A DNA stretch of 64,000 nucleotides. Origin: Epithemia pelagica (lineage: Eukaryota > Protista > Bacillariophyta). The notes below the pieces were generated by a model that saw nothing but the letters and a program-made list of their open reading frames with translations, was not told the origin of the DNA and searched no databases. The stretch spans positions 2,976,001 to 3,040,000 of the forward strand of contig OX337230.1 of the NCBI GenBank assembly GCA_946965045.2. The letters run 5' to 3'. Position 1 is the first letter of the stretch; each line of letters begins with the position of its first letter. Both the position numbers and the translations under genes were made by a program. Positions 11,380-22,436 of this stretch are shown piece by piece.

Positions 11380-11557
11380 TGTCTTATTCTACTTGATAGA
11401 ATCCGTTCCAAAGAAAGACTAAGTAGGATTAACCATAACATCCAACGCATAAAACCAGTAAGTAGGTAACCGATAATGACCGTTCCATTCCCTTTTGGTC
11501 ATTAGTCCCTTACACGTCATGATGACGTATCCAATCCGTAGCGACCCGAATGAGACA
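11380..11557 (-). repeat. 5' LTR of the copia element
   Basis: Same sequence as 4959-5136. Confidence 0.97.
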
Positions 11558-11772
11558 AATTTGTATGACACAGAGCGAAAAGCGCTTTCTTCGCGCGAGG
11601 CGACCATTACGTTTCCCCAAAGACAGCTACCACTTTTTGGACCATATATGCCATCTCTGCCACTCGGAATCCCACGACTCCCATTTGCAAAATCCACGAC
11701 GAGACACTGAAGAGATCCGTTTTCAAAAACGGTTCTGTTTACACATGAAAGAATGAGAAAACAACAGCGAGC

Positions 11773-12552
11773 ATGTGCCAAGACTCTTCGCTCAAAAGTG
11801 CCGAGATCACAAATCGCCAACGGATCTTGAATTCTTGGATGGTTCATTCTCATGTGAGGAAGACTTATCCATTAGTTTGCTTCATGAGCACAAACAATCC
11901 AAGCATCGCACAGCTAGTGTACTCGACATTAGACTCTCTCACAACAAACATTACCTCCAAAATGATGGGCTTTTTCAACCTGTGGAAGAAAAACGACAAC
12001 GTTGCTCCCCTTGAGAAGACTTCCTGCTCTCCCATTGCTCCAGGGACTCTCTTGGTTCGTTCCAACAAGTACATTCCAGACCCAGAAGAAGAAGATGATG
12101 ACGATGATTCTACGCCCTATGAGAAGAACACGATTGATCTTGATGGGGATACCGACGGTGGTCGGGAAGTGCGGTATGAAACCAACATTCTCGTTTCGCC
12201 CGTTATGGTGAGCAAGCGTAAGTCGTCCTCTGCCAAGGCACTCAAGACCAAGCGAGTACTTTTAACAAAAGATGACGTCGAGGACCTTAGTGCAATGCTA
12301 AAAGGAATGGCGCTCAAAAACAATGACAATAAAGAAGATAAGACGGTCGGTGAAGATGACGAAAACGAGTGCGATTCCAAGCCCGAATGTATTCCTAGCA
12401 TGGAATCGTATGCTACTCCAGAAAAGAACAAAAAGAAAGTGACCGCGTCATTGCCCGAGGAATCGCAATATGGTCGCTTCAGCAAGACGGTTCTCAGTCC
12501 AGACTCGAAGCTCGTACGAGTTACCCGCAGTCATCGATTGTCCACTCCGTGA
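11773..12552 (+). CDS. Hypothetical acidic low-complexity protein (true start probably ATG 11884 or 11962)
   Basis: 259-codon ORF with D/E-rich runs and a basic C-terminus (RVTRSHRL). No known motif. Confidence 0.55.
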   Translation: MCQDSSLKSAEITNRQRILNSWMVHSHVRKTYPLVCFMSTNNPSIAQLVYSTLDSLTTNITSKMMGFFNLWKKNDNVAPLEKTSCSPIAPGTLLVRSNKYIPDPEEEDDDDDSTPYEKNTIDLDGDTDGGREVRYETNILVSPVMVSKRKSSSAKALKTKRVLLTKDDVEDLSAMLKGMALKNNDNKEDKTVGEDDENECDSKPECIPSMESYATPEKNKKKVTASLPEESQYGRFSKTVLSPDSKLVRVTRSHRLSTP

Positions 12553-13033
12553 TAGTCTGGTCGCATTGGCTTCACCGATTTGGTCATACGAATCGAGCGG
12601 AGCGAAACGATCACCAAAAAGGGGAGGAGCCAGATTCCTCCGTTTCATGCGCTTAGATGAATCTATTATGGAACCGAGATGTACGAGATGATCAAGAGTC
12701 GGAAGCAATTAGATAGGTTTTTACATAACTACTGGTGTGCAAAATTATCATGTCTTCATTTCCTATACGAACCATCGCGACGAGTCCGAATTCCCACAAG
12801 ACCGAAAAAAATCTCAGACCACAATAAAGACCGGGCATGCCGTATGGCACCAGGGAAGAAGTTCACGGAGCGAAAGGCACTAGGCACGTTATCTGCGCCA
12901 AGGTTATCGGAGAGAAATGTCCAATCCTTGGCCACGTTTCTTGACGAAATTCAGCCAAAGGCACACGGCAGCCGACTTGTGCAATGGTAAGGGCGAAAGC
13001 GGGACCACATGTGTAGAACTATCTGCCTTGTAT

Positions 13034-14548
13034 TCACGTCGGCGGAACTACAAAACACTCTTCAAAACCCGCCTTTAAGGCCGCTTGGTTCAGGAAGCGG
13101 CCAATGACAACTAGTTTGCAACATCGTGGTTCGGCATCTTCTGTTTCAGTGTTGGTGGGAGTTGTCCAAAAGGAGTTGGAAGACGGATGGATTTCCCATA
13201 AATCGTATACACCTTGCACAATAAACCTTCGTTGATCGAGCCCGTCGTCATTGACAAAGTTTGGATCATAATCCGCCGATTCACGGACCGAATGATACAA
13301 GGACAGCACACCCTTGATTCGAAAAATGGATTGTTCCTTAATCACAAAGGATCCGTCATTCGCATGTTGAGGATTGCTTCGTGCCATGGATGAGAAATGA
13401 CTAGCCAAGGGCGAGGAAGATGCGGTGGTGGTCCGGCTTGAGTCTCCCACGACAATGGAATCCAACCATTGGTCCATGCGTTTCCGATCGACCGAGCCAT
13501 ACTTGACCAAGGAAACAGTCGAAACATGTTGGGTATGAGTGTGTGCATGAGAATGATCATGGTCATGGCCGTCCAGACCATCTTCTTGGCCATTGCAAAT
13601 GGCACAGTCCTGGTGACTGGATTCCGCATCCTCCCTCGTTTCATTGTTGTCCACCCCAGCAGGCAAGATATTTCCAAAGAGACGTTCTCCATCAAAACAA
13701 TTGGCATCCAAAATCCAGTCTAAGTCTGGCACAGACGAGTATGAAGTTAATTGAAGGGGTGCTGTAGAATGACATTCTCGAATCAAGTGGGTGATTCGGT
13801 CCAATTCGTTCGGGTCCTTGACGAGATCGACCTTGTTGAGAAGAATCCGATCGGCATAGGCAATCTGTTGAGACGCTTCCAGGGTGGTTTCCAATTGATG
13901 AGAAATATGGGCAGCATCACACAAGGTGACAATTCCATCCAATCGTAACCTTGAATCCAAGGCCTCATCCAACCAAAACAAGGAGGCAATCGGTCCAGGA
14001 TTGGCCATGCCACTGCATTCAATCAAAATGTAATCCAAATCTTGACGTTTTGTGAGCAAATTTTCTAGGGTCACCACCAAGGAATCCTTGACAGTGCAAC
14101 ACAAGCAACCATTGGGCAATTCAATCAAATCCATCAAGGACGAGGACTTGCCGCTTTCGTCCGACGCGGAGGCAACGCCATCGCGGGCAATCAGAGATTC
14201 AATTTGTAGACCCTCTCCGTACTCATTTTCAATTACTGCGATACGCTTGCCATGATTGGGTGATTTCAAAATATACTGAATCAATGTCGTCTTACCGGAC
14301 CCGAGGAAACCAGACAAAATGGTCACAGGGCAGGGCCCTAATTGCTTGATGTTGTTGCTGTCGTCATCGTTCTCGTCGTTCGATTGGTCGTTGTTCTGGC
14401 TCGTTTTCGTTGCACTGTTCTCACTCTGGTGGTTTCTCGTCAACGCTGATTCTTGTGTGGAAAGGTTCGTTTGTGTATCGCTTTCCTCGACTTCATCGAC
14501 GTTTACCAGCATCGGCGGGCCGTCGTCATCGTCCTCATCGCTTTCCAT
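13034..14548 (-). CDS. ZNG1: COG0523/CobW-family Zn metallochaperone GTPase (ZNG1/CBWD-like)
   Basis: GFLGSGKT P-loop, ENEYG, CLCC (CxCC), ECSG, LLNKVD, His-rich HDHDHSHAHTHTQH, CobW_C-like RIKG...VQGV. Start placed at MESDEDDDD (14548). Confidence 0.9.
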   Translation of the reverse strand: MESDEDDDDGPPMLVNVDEVEESDTQTNLSTQESALTRNHQSENSATKTSQNNDQSNDENDDDSNNIKQLGPCPVTILSGFLGSGKTTLIQYILKSPNHGKRIAVIENEYGEGLQIESLIARDGVASASDESGKSSSLMDLIELPNGCLCCTVKDSLVVTLENLLTKRQDLDYILIECSGMANPGPIASLFWLDEALDSRLRLDGIVTLCDAAHISHQLETTLEASQQIAYADRILLNKVDLVKDPNELDRITHLIRECHSTAPLQLTSYSSVPDLDWILDANCFDGERLFGNILPAGVDNNETREDAESSHQDCAICNGQEDGLDGHDHDHSHAHTHTQHVSTVSLVKYGSVDRKRMDQWLDSIVVGDSSRTTTASSSPLASHFSSMARSNPQHANDGSFVIKEQSIFRIKGVLSLYHSVRESADYDPNFVNDDGLDQRRFIVQGVYDLWEIHPSSNSFWTTPTNTETEDAEPRCCKLVVIGRFLNQAALKAGFEECFVVPPT

Positions 14549-14922
14549 TTTGAGGTGTCTTTTGTTTTTTGTTTTTATGATGTTCCACAAAGTTCGTAGA
14601 CAACCATCGGAAAAATCAGCGTGAAAATGCGATTTTATACTATCAAAACGGCGAAAAAGGAGGAAATTACCAGTAGAAATGTATACGTTTTTATATTTTG
14701 CCATTTTTGGAACATTTTTTACAAGAAAAGAAACACCATGAAGCACAATAAGCGTCTTCATAACCAACCATCCTCACAATCATACCGGCTCTTCCTGCAA
14801 ACAGAGGCCAGTCCAGCGTAACCAACACAGCACTTCCATATTCCGACGAAACATCGATAGATTTTGGTGGCGTGTGGCGGAGTAGGGAATGATAAACCAC
14901 GGAACAGGAAATAAAAAGCATC

Positions 14923-15966
14923 ATGAGCACCAATCACAACGGCAAGCTTGTCGAGGACCGACGAGAGAAAAATCATGGTGAAGAGGCTTCCATGTCAAAC
15001 AACCACAAGTCCTTGTTGCAGACGCAGGAAGCAATAGCTCCCCCTCTCGATAGCACGTCCCTCCCTCGAAGCAATCGAGATTATGTCGCAGTGAATTATT
15101 GGGACGATCGATTTGTTACTGAAGACTCGTATGAGTGGCTTTTGTCCTATGAACAACTGGAACCACAGCTGCAGGGTCTCTTGCGGTCCAAATTACGCGG
15201 GGCAACAACGGACCAATCCTCTGAGGAGGAGGAGGAGGAGGAGGAGAGTGCCGCAGCGCGTCCTTGTCGTATCTTGGTGGTTGGATGTGGCAATTCACCC
15301 TTTTCGGTGGACCTCTATCGTGCGTGTCAACGGATGATGCAAGAAATCCAAAACCACTCTGGTTCTCCCTCCAACAACACCGGGTTTGAAATTGTCAATA
15401 TTGATTATTCGATCACCGTAATCGAAAAGATGCAACAAACCTATCCTCCTTCGGACTATCCGGGCATGACATGGCATGTGGCGGATATGACCAAACTGGA
15501 TGATGTACGAAGCATTCTAGAAGAGGACCAGGATGATCATTCAAAACGACAGGACGATACCGCGCTATCGCTATCCATGTTGTTTGATTTGGTGATTGAC
15601 AAGGCCACAATGGATGCCATGTTGGCCGATGAGGGAGATGTGTGGTATCCCAACATTGTGGCAGTTCGACGGGCCCGTGACGTCTGTCGCTGTATCTCTC
15701 GTCTCTTGTCACCTGACAATGGTGTCTTTGTCCAGATTTCCTTGATTCAACCCCATTTTCGAAAGAAATACTTGTTGGGGATCTGGCAACTCGACCAAAA
15801 CGAAGAGAAAGTGGTCGAAATTCCATTGTCGACCAAGGCAAGCGAGGATTTGTCTTCACATCCTTACAGCACAGAATATCGTTGGACAGTCCAATCGGAA
15901 CCGGCAGGGAGACCTCAAGACGTGGCGGGTTCGTTTGGTCACTATTTTTATACGATGAAGAAATGA
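14923..15966 (+). CDS. Class I SAM methyltransferase, EEF1AKMT4/METTL13 N-terminal-like
   Basis: YWDDRF...YEWL, ILVVGCGNS (motif I), NIDYS, VADMT, DKATMDAML. Confidence 0.8.
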   Translation: MSTNHNGKLVEDRREKNHGEEASMSNNHKSLLQTQEAIAPPLDSTSLPRSNRDYVAVNYWDDRFVTEDSYEWLLSYEQLEPQLQGLLRSKLRGATTDQSSEEEEEEEESAAARPCRILVVGCGNSPFSVDLYRACQRMMQEIQNHSGSPSNNTGFEIVNIDYSITVIEKMQQTYPPSDYPGMTWHVADMTKLDDVRSILEEDQDDHSKRQDDTALSLSMLFDLVIDKATMDAMLADEGDVWYPNIVAVRRARDVCRCISRLLSPDNGVFVQISLIQPHFRKKYLLGIWQLDQNEEKVVEIPLSTKASEDLSSHPYSTEYRWTVQSEPAGRPQDVAGSFGHYFYTMKK

Positions 15967-16403
15967 GGGAAAATAGTACATTCATGAACTTGAGAAGAAC
16001 TCTCAAACTGTCGTCTGAGGTTTCAGAATTCCCCATGCGACCCATGAGACTATGACATACTGATAGAATACGATTTTTTATGCAAGTTAGAGATTACGAC
16101 AAAGTCAGAGCGCCATGGGCTGTTTTTCAAGCTCCGGCCGTCCTCTCGAACATCTGCCAACCAACGGTTGGGCCAATATTATGGCAGTTCGCGTGCATTT
16201 TCTTTGCAATAGACTGTCACTCAATCTCTCTTTATATTCCCGGTACCGCCGTCTAAGGGTGGTAGTTTGTGGTCAGAGCAAGGAATGGGAAATTTCCCTT
16301 GTCATATCGTTTGTTGCTCGAGCAACTTTCTACCTTGTCGATCGGAAGCTGGGCGTTCCCTCGATACACGTGGACACCATCTCTTTATTCTGTTCAAGTA
16401 CTG

Positions 16404-19400
16404 CTAACCGGAAGGGGGCTGCAAATAAGAAGATGTTTCTTGTCCAGTGCTGGCTCGTTCATGGCTTCCGCGCATAGGCGGAGTGAAGGCACTTTCACTT
16501 GTTGGAGTAACAAAAGCTGAATCAGCTCGATTTGGATGAATGGCTGGTACTTCAAACAGCGACGGAGTATTCGGTCGGTAGCCAGACCATTGTCCGTACA
16601 TGCATGGTCCTCCAGGAGTGCCAGGTCGTTCGTCTTGGTTTGGTGACAAAACGGCTTCTGTTGATGGCAAGAATGGGGCCGGGGCCCGTACAGAGAAGGC
16701 ACTTGTCAGAGCACCATGTCGACGTAGACCAGAGGATCTCTGCCACTGTCCAAGACTGTCTTTGCCAATACCGCTATTCGAGGTGTCCACCTGACCAAAT
16801 GTCTCAGGCAATGGGCTTTGCGATATCGTTTGAGGCAGCACTGAGACTCGTACTGCTCGACAACCAGCGTCAGCTTGGGGACGAATCAACTCTTGTTTTG
16901 CTTTGACCCCTTCTGGTTCTCGCGTGGAGAGACGAGACGTTAAGGATGTGTGATCGCTTGGTATGAGCACAGCATCGGTGGAATTTTGCCCGGTGCAGCT
17001 ACTCAAAGTTTCCACTGTACTTGGACTGCTGTTTCGCATGCCACTGGGAGAAGTGAGGGAACTCAGTGTCGTTGCCGATCGAACCGGCTCGACAAGTGGG
17101 CTGGTGGGAGGAGGGAAACAGGTAGATTCGTCGTAGAAAAAGGAATGAGTCTGCACATGTGTCAGTTTTTCAACATTGTGGTTTACTTCGGAACTTTTGG
17201 GAGAAGGCTTGATCTTCTTGTTGGAAACTGGTGGAGTTGGGGCTTCTTTGCCTGTCCGACGGAAAATATTGTTCTCACCCCACCCGGTGGGAGTGCCAAT
17301 GGTTTTGAATGTTCCACCATGAGGACTTGCCATGTTGCGCTCAACGGCGTGATCCGAGACAGGGCCTGGTCCTGGTCCTGGTCCTGGTCCTGGTGACGCT
17401 TCAATGGGATAGAATGGGCTACGGCCCCGTCGTTGAGGGAGCAATGTCTGGTACATTCTGACTCGTTGGTCTTGGGAAGAATTCTCATCCTTTCTTGAAT
17501 ACTGAAGTGATCCATCGTCCATTGAAGGGGGTTTGTGCGAGATTGCTAACCCATTCATATTCAACAACGGCGGCTCACTGCAAAACGGGTTTCGACCATT
17601 CTGTCCTTGCATTTCAGAATGAACTTGTTTCGTACCGTCAGCGACTGCAAATGGAGTTCCAGGTCGAACGCTCTTCTGGACATCATCACCGATGCCATCT
17701 TCGTCAAGGGCAGCGGATGGATAAATGGGAGAGTAGTGGTTACTGGGAATCTTCTTTCGAGGAGCTGTTGGAACAGGAGTACCTGGCCCTCCAGATAAAT
17801 GGACGACACCATGCGCATCATGGCTTGTTGGACCTGAAGTGACAAACGAAGTGGGAGTTACAGGTGGTGGTGTGACTACCGATCCTATCAAACGATTCGG
17901 TTGAGCGCTGCTCCACTGTTTCGACTGAAGGAAGTAGTTATAGGATGCTTCATGCTCGCCATAGTCTTTGTCTTGTTCGTCATCATCAGAATCGTCGATC
18001 AAACTGCTTGTATTCTTGCGGCCTTGGCTATTGAAGGGAAAAGGAGATTCCACTTTGTGACTCAGTGGTGGGACGTTTTTCACTGTCATCTTCGGGGTCT
18101 GCACAGGAGCGACTTGCTGAGAAACAGGAATCATCGTAGACGCATGGTCAGGATGTCCATAGTTTGAAGTAGAGAGTACCGAAGGTACAACTTCAAAAGA
18201 GTCTTCAAGATCTTCTTGCACCAGAGTCCGAGAGCGATGCGGTTTCTTCTGAAGAACTTGAGGTACACGGAGATCTTTTGGTTCTCGTTGTTGCGATTGT
18301 CGAGCTGAATCTTGGGGCGTTTGGAACATAAGTCCCTTGTTTTCCGCCATCAAAGGACTCCCTTTCCATCGATGGACCGACGATGGGGGCAAAGCTTGGC
18401 GAGACAAACATGAATACTCCGGGAAACCTTGACTCAAAGGGTTGGATGGGTGAGACACCTGCTCGGGACTACCTTCATAGCTCCTATCGGCACTTCCATA
18501 GTAATATTCTCGGTACAGGTAACTTCCAGAGGAAGGCGTTTCTTGGTAATGACAGGAGCCGGATCCAGTGACACAATCGGAGAGACGAGACACACGCCTG
18601 GGTGGTGGTGTTTCGTTACGGCTCACAATATGAGTGTTGCGATGAGGATGGGAACCCAGTTGATATGGTTGACGCGGGACTCCTTGCTCGGCATCATTGT
18701 CCAAACAATGGCTGACATTGCTTCCGGAGCCTTCCACATTGAAGAATTCGCTGTCCCAAAGACAAGGTTCTTCATCATCCAGCAAGGAAGGTCGTCGGTT
18801 TTCTCGAAAAGGTGGAGTTTCTCCAGTTCGGAATGTATCTTCCAGGTTGTTGTGATGGGTTCGTCCTGGTGGGAAGTCTTCATCATCCAGCGGGATCCAA
18901 CAAGCTGCTACTTGTCGCTGCAAGGATGTCATGGGCACCACATCGAGTGATGATTCTGTTTCTGTGATGGAAACACGGTGAAGGGTAGAACTTGAGTTGG
19001 TGTTGAAGGAGCCTCTTGCAATGTCCGTTGAGAAATGTGCACCTTCTTCCTTTCTACTACTGGTGCACTTCAACTCGTGACGATCTGAACACGAAAGGAC
19101 CATGTGCTTGTTGTGATTGATACTGTCTTGAAGCTTCCCATCATTATTGTTCCGAGCCATCATTGCAAAGGTGTCATTCAATTCGCATGGAGTGATATGG
19201 GCTCTGGCGGGAACGCTGCGAACAACGTCGTCATTGTGTTCATTCTGACAGCTTCCTCGCGGCCATGGCGGACGATTGAACGATCCTATTCCTGCAGGTG
19301 GACCTGGTGAATACATGGATTGGACAACGGGGAAGTGGATGGCAAGCTTCCTCTTGTGGCTGCTCTTCCCACCTTTACTTGTACTTGATGGTGGTGGTGG

Positions 19401-19475
19401 AACTTGCTTCACCTCTTCCCGAAATGGAAACGGGTGACCGTATGAAAAAGACACACCTTCAGCTGGCTTGGTCAC
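16404..19475 (-). CDS. Hypothetical Ser/Pro-rich, probably disordered protein (about 1023 aa; start uncertain)
   Basis: 3-kb uninterrupted ORF beginning at GTG, containing a PGPGPGPGPGP tract. No recognisable domain. Confidence 0.65.
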   Translation of the reverse strand: MTKPAEGVSFSYGHPFPFREEVKQVPPPPSSTSKGGKSSHKRKLAIHFPVVQSMYSPGPPAGIGSFNRPPWPRGSCQNEHNDDVVRSVPARAHITPCELNDTFAMMARNNNDGKLQDSINHNKHMVLSCSDRHELKCTSSRKEEGAHFSTDIARGSFNTNSSSTLHRVSITETESSLDVVPMTSLQRQVAACWIPLDDEDFPPGRTHHNNLEDTFRTGETPPFRENRRPSLLDDEEPCLWDSEFFNVEGSGSNVSHCLDNDAEQGVPRQPYQLGSHPHRNTHIVSRNETPPPRRVSRLSDCVTGSGSCHYQETPSSGSYLYREYYYGSADRSYEGSPEQVSHPSNPLSQGFPEYSCLSRQALPPSSVHRWKGSPLMAENKGLMFQTPQDSARQSQQREPKDLRVPQVLQKKPHRSRTLVQEDLEDSFEVVPSVLSTSNYGHPDHASTMIPVSQQVAPVQTPKMTVKNVPPLSHKVESPFPFNSQGRKNTSSLIDDSDDDEQDKDYGEHEASYNYFLQSKQWSSAQPNRLIGSVVTPPPVTPTSFVTSGPTSHDAHGVVHLSGGPGTPVPTAPRKKIPSNHYSPIYPSAALDEDGIGDDVQKSVRPGTPFAVADGTKQVHSEMQGQNGRNPFCSEPPLLNMNGLAISHKPPSMDDGSLQYSRKDENSSQDQRVRMYQTLLPQRRGRSPFYPIEASPGPGPGPGPGPVSDHAVERNMASPHGGTFKTIGTPTGWGENNIFRRTGKEAPTPPVSNKKIKPSPKSSEVNHNVEKLTHVQTHSFFYDESTCFPPPTSPLVEPVRSATTLSSLTSPSGMRNSSPSTVETLSSCTGQNSTDAVLIPSDHTSLTSRLSTREPEGVKAKQELIRPQADAGCRAVRVSVLPQTISQSPLPETFGQVDTSNSGIGKDSLGQWQRSSGLRRHGALTSAFSVRAPAPFLPSTEAVLSPNQDERPGTPGGPCMYGQWSGYRPNTPSLFEVPAIHPNRADSAFVTPTSESAFTPPMRGSHERASTGQETSSYLQPPSG

Positions 19476-20047
19476 ACCTCAATCTGCCGTGCGCGCTAGG
19501 AGATAACGTCTGGGAGCATGGCCGCGTTGTTCCGCCTCCTTTCACATGATGGCGTGCGCTCCGGTCTCGCAATTCTCCCCATCCCTGTCCCAGAACTTTA
19601 TGAAAAGGTATTGCACGTTGCACTGGATGACCGACCATTGGGTACCTTATTGGAAACATGAGCCTCACATCCGTCCGAGTCCGACTCTTTAATGGTACGC
19701 CAAGATACAGAGAGCGGGAAATCTCAGGTAATCTCGGTCTGCGGAATTTCTCGATCGAGCTAGTAGGTGCGAAGCTCGTACGACTAGTGGTATCGTTCTA
19801 CAAACCCAAAGGTTTCGGGAGCATTCCCTTGTCACTGTCACCGGGTTCATTACGAGAATCATCTTGGTCGGCATGAACGAATTCGTTAGGGAAGGAGTGG
19901 GAAGAACAGAGCTCTGTCTTTCTTGTTGTATTTCGAATTTCGAATCGTAGAGTGAAGAGTGACAGTTGGACTCGGAACCACGCCCCTACTAATTTTTATA
20001 AGCATATGGAAATTGAGGCCTAAGTAAACCGCTTTCTCAGGGCTTAA

Positions 20048-20847
20048 CGCCATACGTAAGGAACGCGTTTTAAGCCTAACGGATTAGCAAATAAACTACT
20101 CCCATAAAACTTTAGCGATATATGGTTTGTGTGCTCCCATCTTAACACGATTTGAAAAATTGTCGTTTTAATTTCAAGTACAAATTTATTCATAGTGAGA
20201 ATTTTTTGTCATTTTAGTCGCTTTTCTCGAACTTGAGCGGCCATCCGCGATGACCATGAGAGACAATGAGGGCGGACAATGAAAATGGCATGGATCATCT
20301 TCCAATGATGCCAAACCAGGTCAGAATGGATGAAGGAAAGTCAATTGATCAAGACAGATGGTATGTGGAGGCGAAAGTTGACCAAGGAAAGGTTCAATGT
20401 GTCGAAAAAGGGTCAATGCTGTGAAGCAGGCAAAAACATGGTCTGAGAAAGGGAATTGCCGAATGCTCAACAGAGGTGCTGTCAAATCACAAATAAAGAC
20501 AAAGTCCTATAGTTCATATTATTTGACACCAGAATGGAAGGTCTTGACATTTGCTGTTGGATATTGAGTGTGTGCGTACTGCTCAAAGTTGGGCCATGGT
20601 CGATGGGATGAGAAAATCACAAAAATCATCCAAGTTTTGATACACGAAACGACTGTTATAATTTCAAAATCAGTGTAGACTATGATATATGAAAATGTTC
20701 AAAATTCCACAAACTATTAGAATTACAAGTGAAAAAGACAATGACGTCTATATTCCAATTAGTAGATGTATTCAAAGTTATGGGAGGAGTGTATATACTG
20801 CTCGAATTTATGGGATCAGTATATATACTGCTCCCTTACGTATGGCG
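20048..20847. mobile_element. Non-autonomous piggyBac-like TIR element (800 bp)
   Basis: 14-bp perfect TIR CGCCATACGTAAGG (20048-20061) / CCTTACGTATGGCG (20834-20847), with TTAA on both sides (20044-47, 20848-51). Subterminal TTATGGGA...TATATACTGCTC repeats at right and an inverted TCCCATAA at left. AT-rich and non-coding. Confidence 0.75.
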
Positions 20848-21283
20848 TTAAGGTTTTTAATGTACCGAACACCCAAAGCGAACGCAAACCAAAAGCAAAC
20901 TCCTCTCTCAATCATTTTTTGTAAGAACTACACAATCACCTGATTACTTTCAACCGAGACGAGCTCTCTTACTGCGTATCAGTCAGACGTCGAATAACGC
21001 TAGTTTTGCATTTGCGGTGCTCCCATACCCCCGCTGTCTATTATCAAGACTTTCTCACCTATCCGAAATCTGCAAACGAAGCCGCATGTGTTGCTGACCG
21101 ATAACGAAGCCACAACTGTTGCTTTACTAGGAATACATCTACGTAGCGCAACTCCGAACAAATAATACTGATCTTATATGATGTTGACATTACACCCCAA
21201 AAAGTGACTCTCAAAAAATCAAAATAACATTATCAAAAGTTTACATTTGCCACTAGAGTTCTCTGTTTCTCGCATGTTTGATG

Positions 21284-21943
21284 TTAGTCGACAATGGCCC
21301 AAGAAGGGACGTCAGGTGAAGCGTCAGCGTTCTCCTCTTTTGTGGTGGTTGTGATCTCATTAACTCCTTCTGTCTTGGAATCGATGCTGAAGGAGGCTTC
21401 CAGATCCATGGTAGACGCAGATTTGGGAGAGGAATCTGTACTGCTCTTGTTGACAGAACCCAACGAACCCTTGAAAGAAGCTGATGATTTCCCTTTCCCA
21501 TCCTTCCAGCAAAAGACGTACAGGGCTTCCGCCAACACCAATATGATAAAAACAATACCGAGAATTCCTGTGAAGATGAGCCGTATGCGATTGCCCCTCG
21601 TTTGGATGTCGGATATGAAAGGATGATCCAACTCTTCGTGAACTTTGTCAAAGTAGTCGTTCCAAAAGCTCAACTCCTTGGCAATAGCCCAACAACAAAC
21701 GGAAGTTTGTAGGATAATAAAGACCAAAACCACACTCATACTTCTCACCGCACTCGCGGACATGTTACCAAACTTGACACGGCGTGCCATGTCAAAGGAA
21801 AGATACATACCGGTCGCCACAATGCTCAAAACCAACGACATGACACAAGCATTTATGAAGAAGGAAAGGGTATGGCATGTTCCAATGTCTGTAGTAGGAA
21901 CCGTAATGCTTTGATCATCGAACGTGATTTCGGAGGGATGCAA
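21284..21943 (-). CDS. Hypothetical multi-pass membrane protein (5' end possibly spliced to 21853-22134)
   Basis: 219-aa ORF with about three hydrophobic stretches and a Ser/Lys-rich tail. Confidence 0.55.
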   Translation of the reverse strand: MHPSEITFDDQSITVPTTDIGTCHTLSFFINACVMSLVLSIVATGMYLSFDMARRVKFGNMSASAVRSMSVVLVFIILQTSVCCWAIAKELSFWNDYFDKVHEELDHPFISDIQTRGNRIRLIFTGILGIVFIILVLAEALYVFCWKDGKGKSSASFKGSLGSVNKSSTDSSPKSASTMDLEASFSIDSKTEGVNEITTTTKEENADASPDVPSWAIVD

Positions 21944-22436
21944 ATTTCGATGGGGACATAAACGACCATGTCATCGTCCATTTCGATATCGGATTTAAGC
22001 ATGTCACGGGTGGGTGGGATGCTTAATGCGGCTGCTAACGCGAAGATAATCCCCATTACACGAACTGTTATGATGGCACATCTTTCAATCATCATGGTTA
22101 AAGTCAGAGCGATGTACGGGTTCCAAGGACACACTCTGTAGAAAAGTAAATCGGGAATTGTGGCACCTGGCGACCCGAAAAGCGAAACAGCTCAATTGCA
22201 CAAAAAGATCGTCCCTACACGTAAGTGGCCCCAGACCATCACGCATTCACGCATTACGCATTACGCATGATTGGACCAAGAGAGATACAAGACTCCTTTC
22301 AAGAAATCAGATTTTTGTGCATACGAGCCCTACTCGTATCTCGTATTGGGAAGAGTTTTAATTCGTACCCTACCAGTTTTCGTTGCCATACTTTCTGGAT
22401 CCGACGGAGCCCTCGTATCGAACTGGGACTGAACTA

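Larger units (their letters stand above)
4959..11557 (-). mobile_element. Full-length Ty1/copia LTR retrotransposon (diatom CoDi-like), recently inserted
   Basis: Two 178-bp TG...CA LTRs, identical on visual alignment. AATT flanks both sides (4955-4958, 11558-11561). Internal polyprotein has copia order gag-PR-IN-RT-RH. Confidence 0.97.

Noticed and set aside
4954-11562. Canonical 5-bp copia TSD
   Set aside because: The flanking 5-mers are AAATT and AATTT. Only the 4-mer AATT is duplicated.
11419-11853. 144-aa minus-strand ORF as a gene
   Set aside because: Chimeric: its last 45 codons are LTR sequence, identical to the end of ORF 4998-5183.
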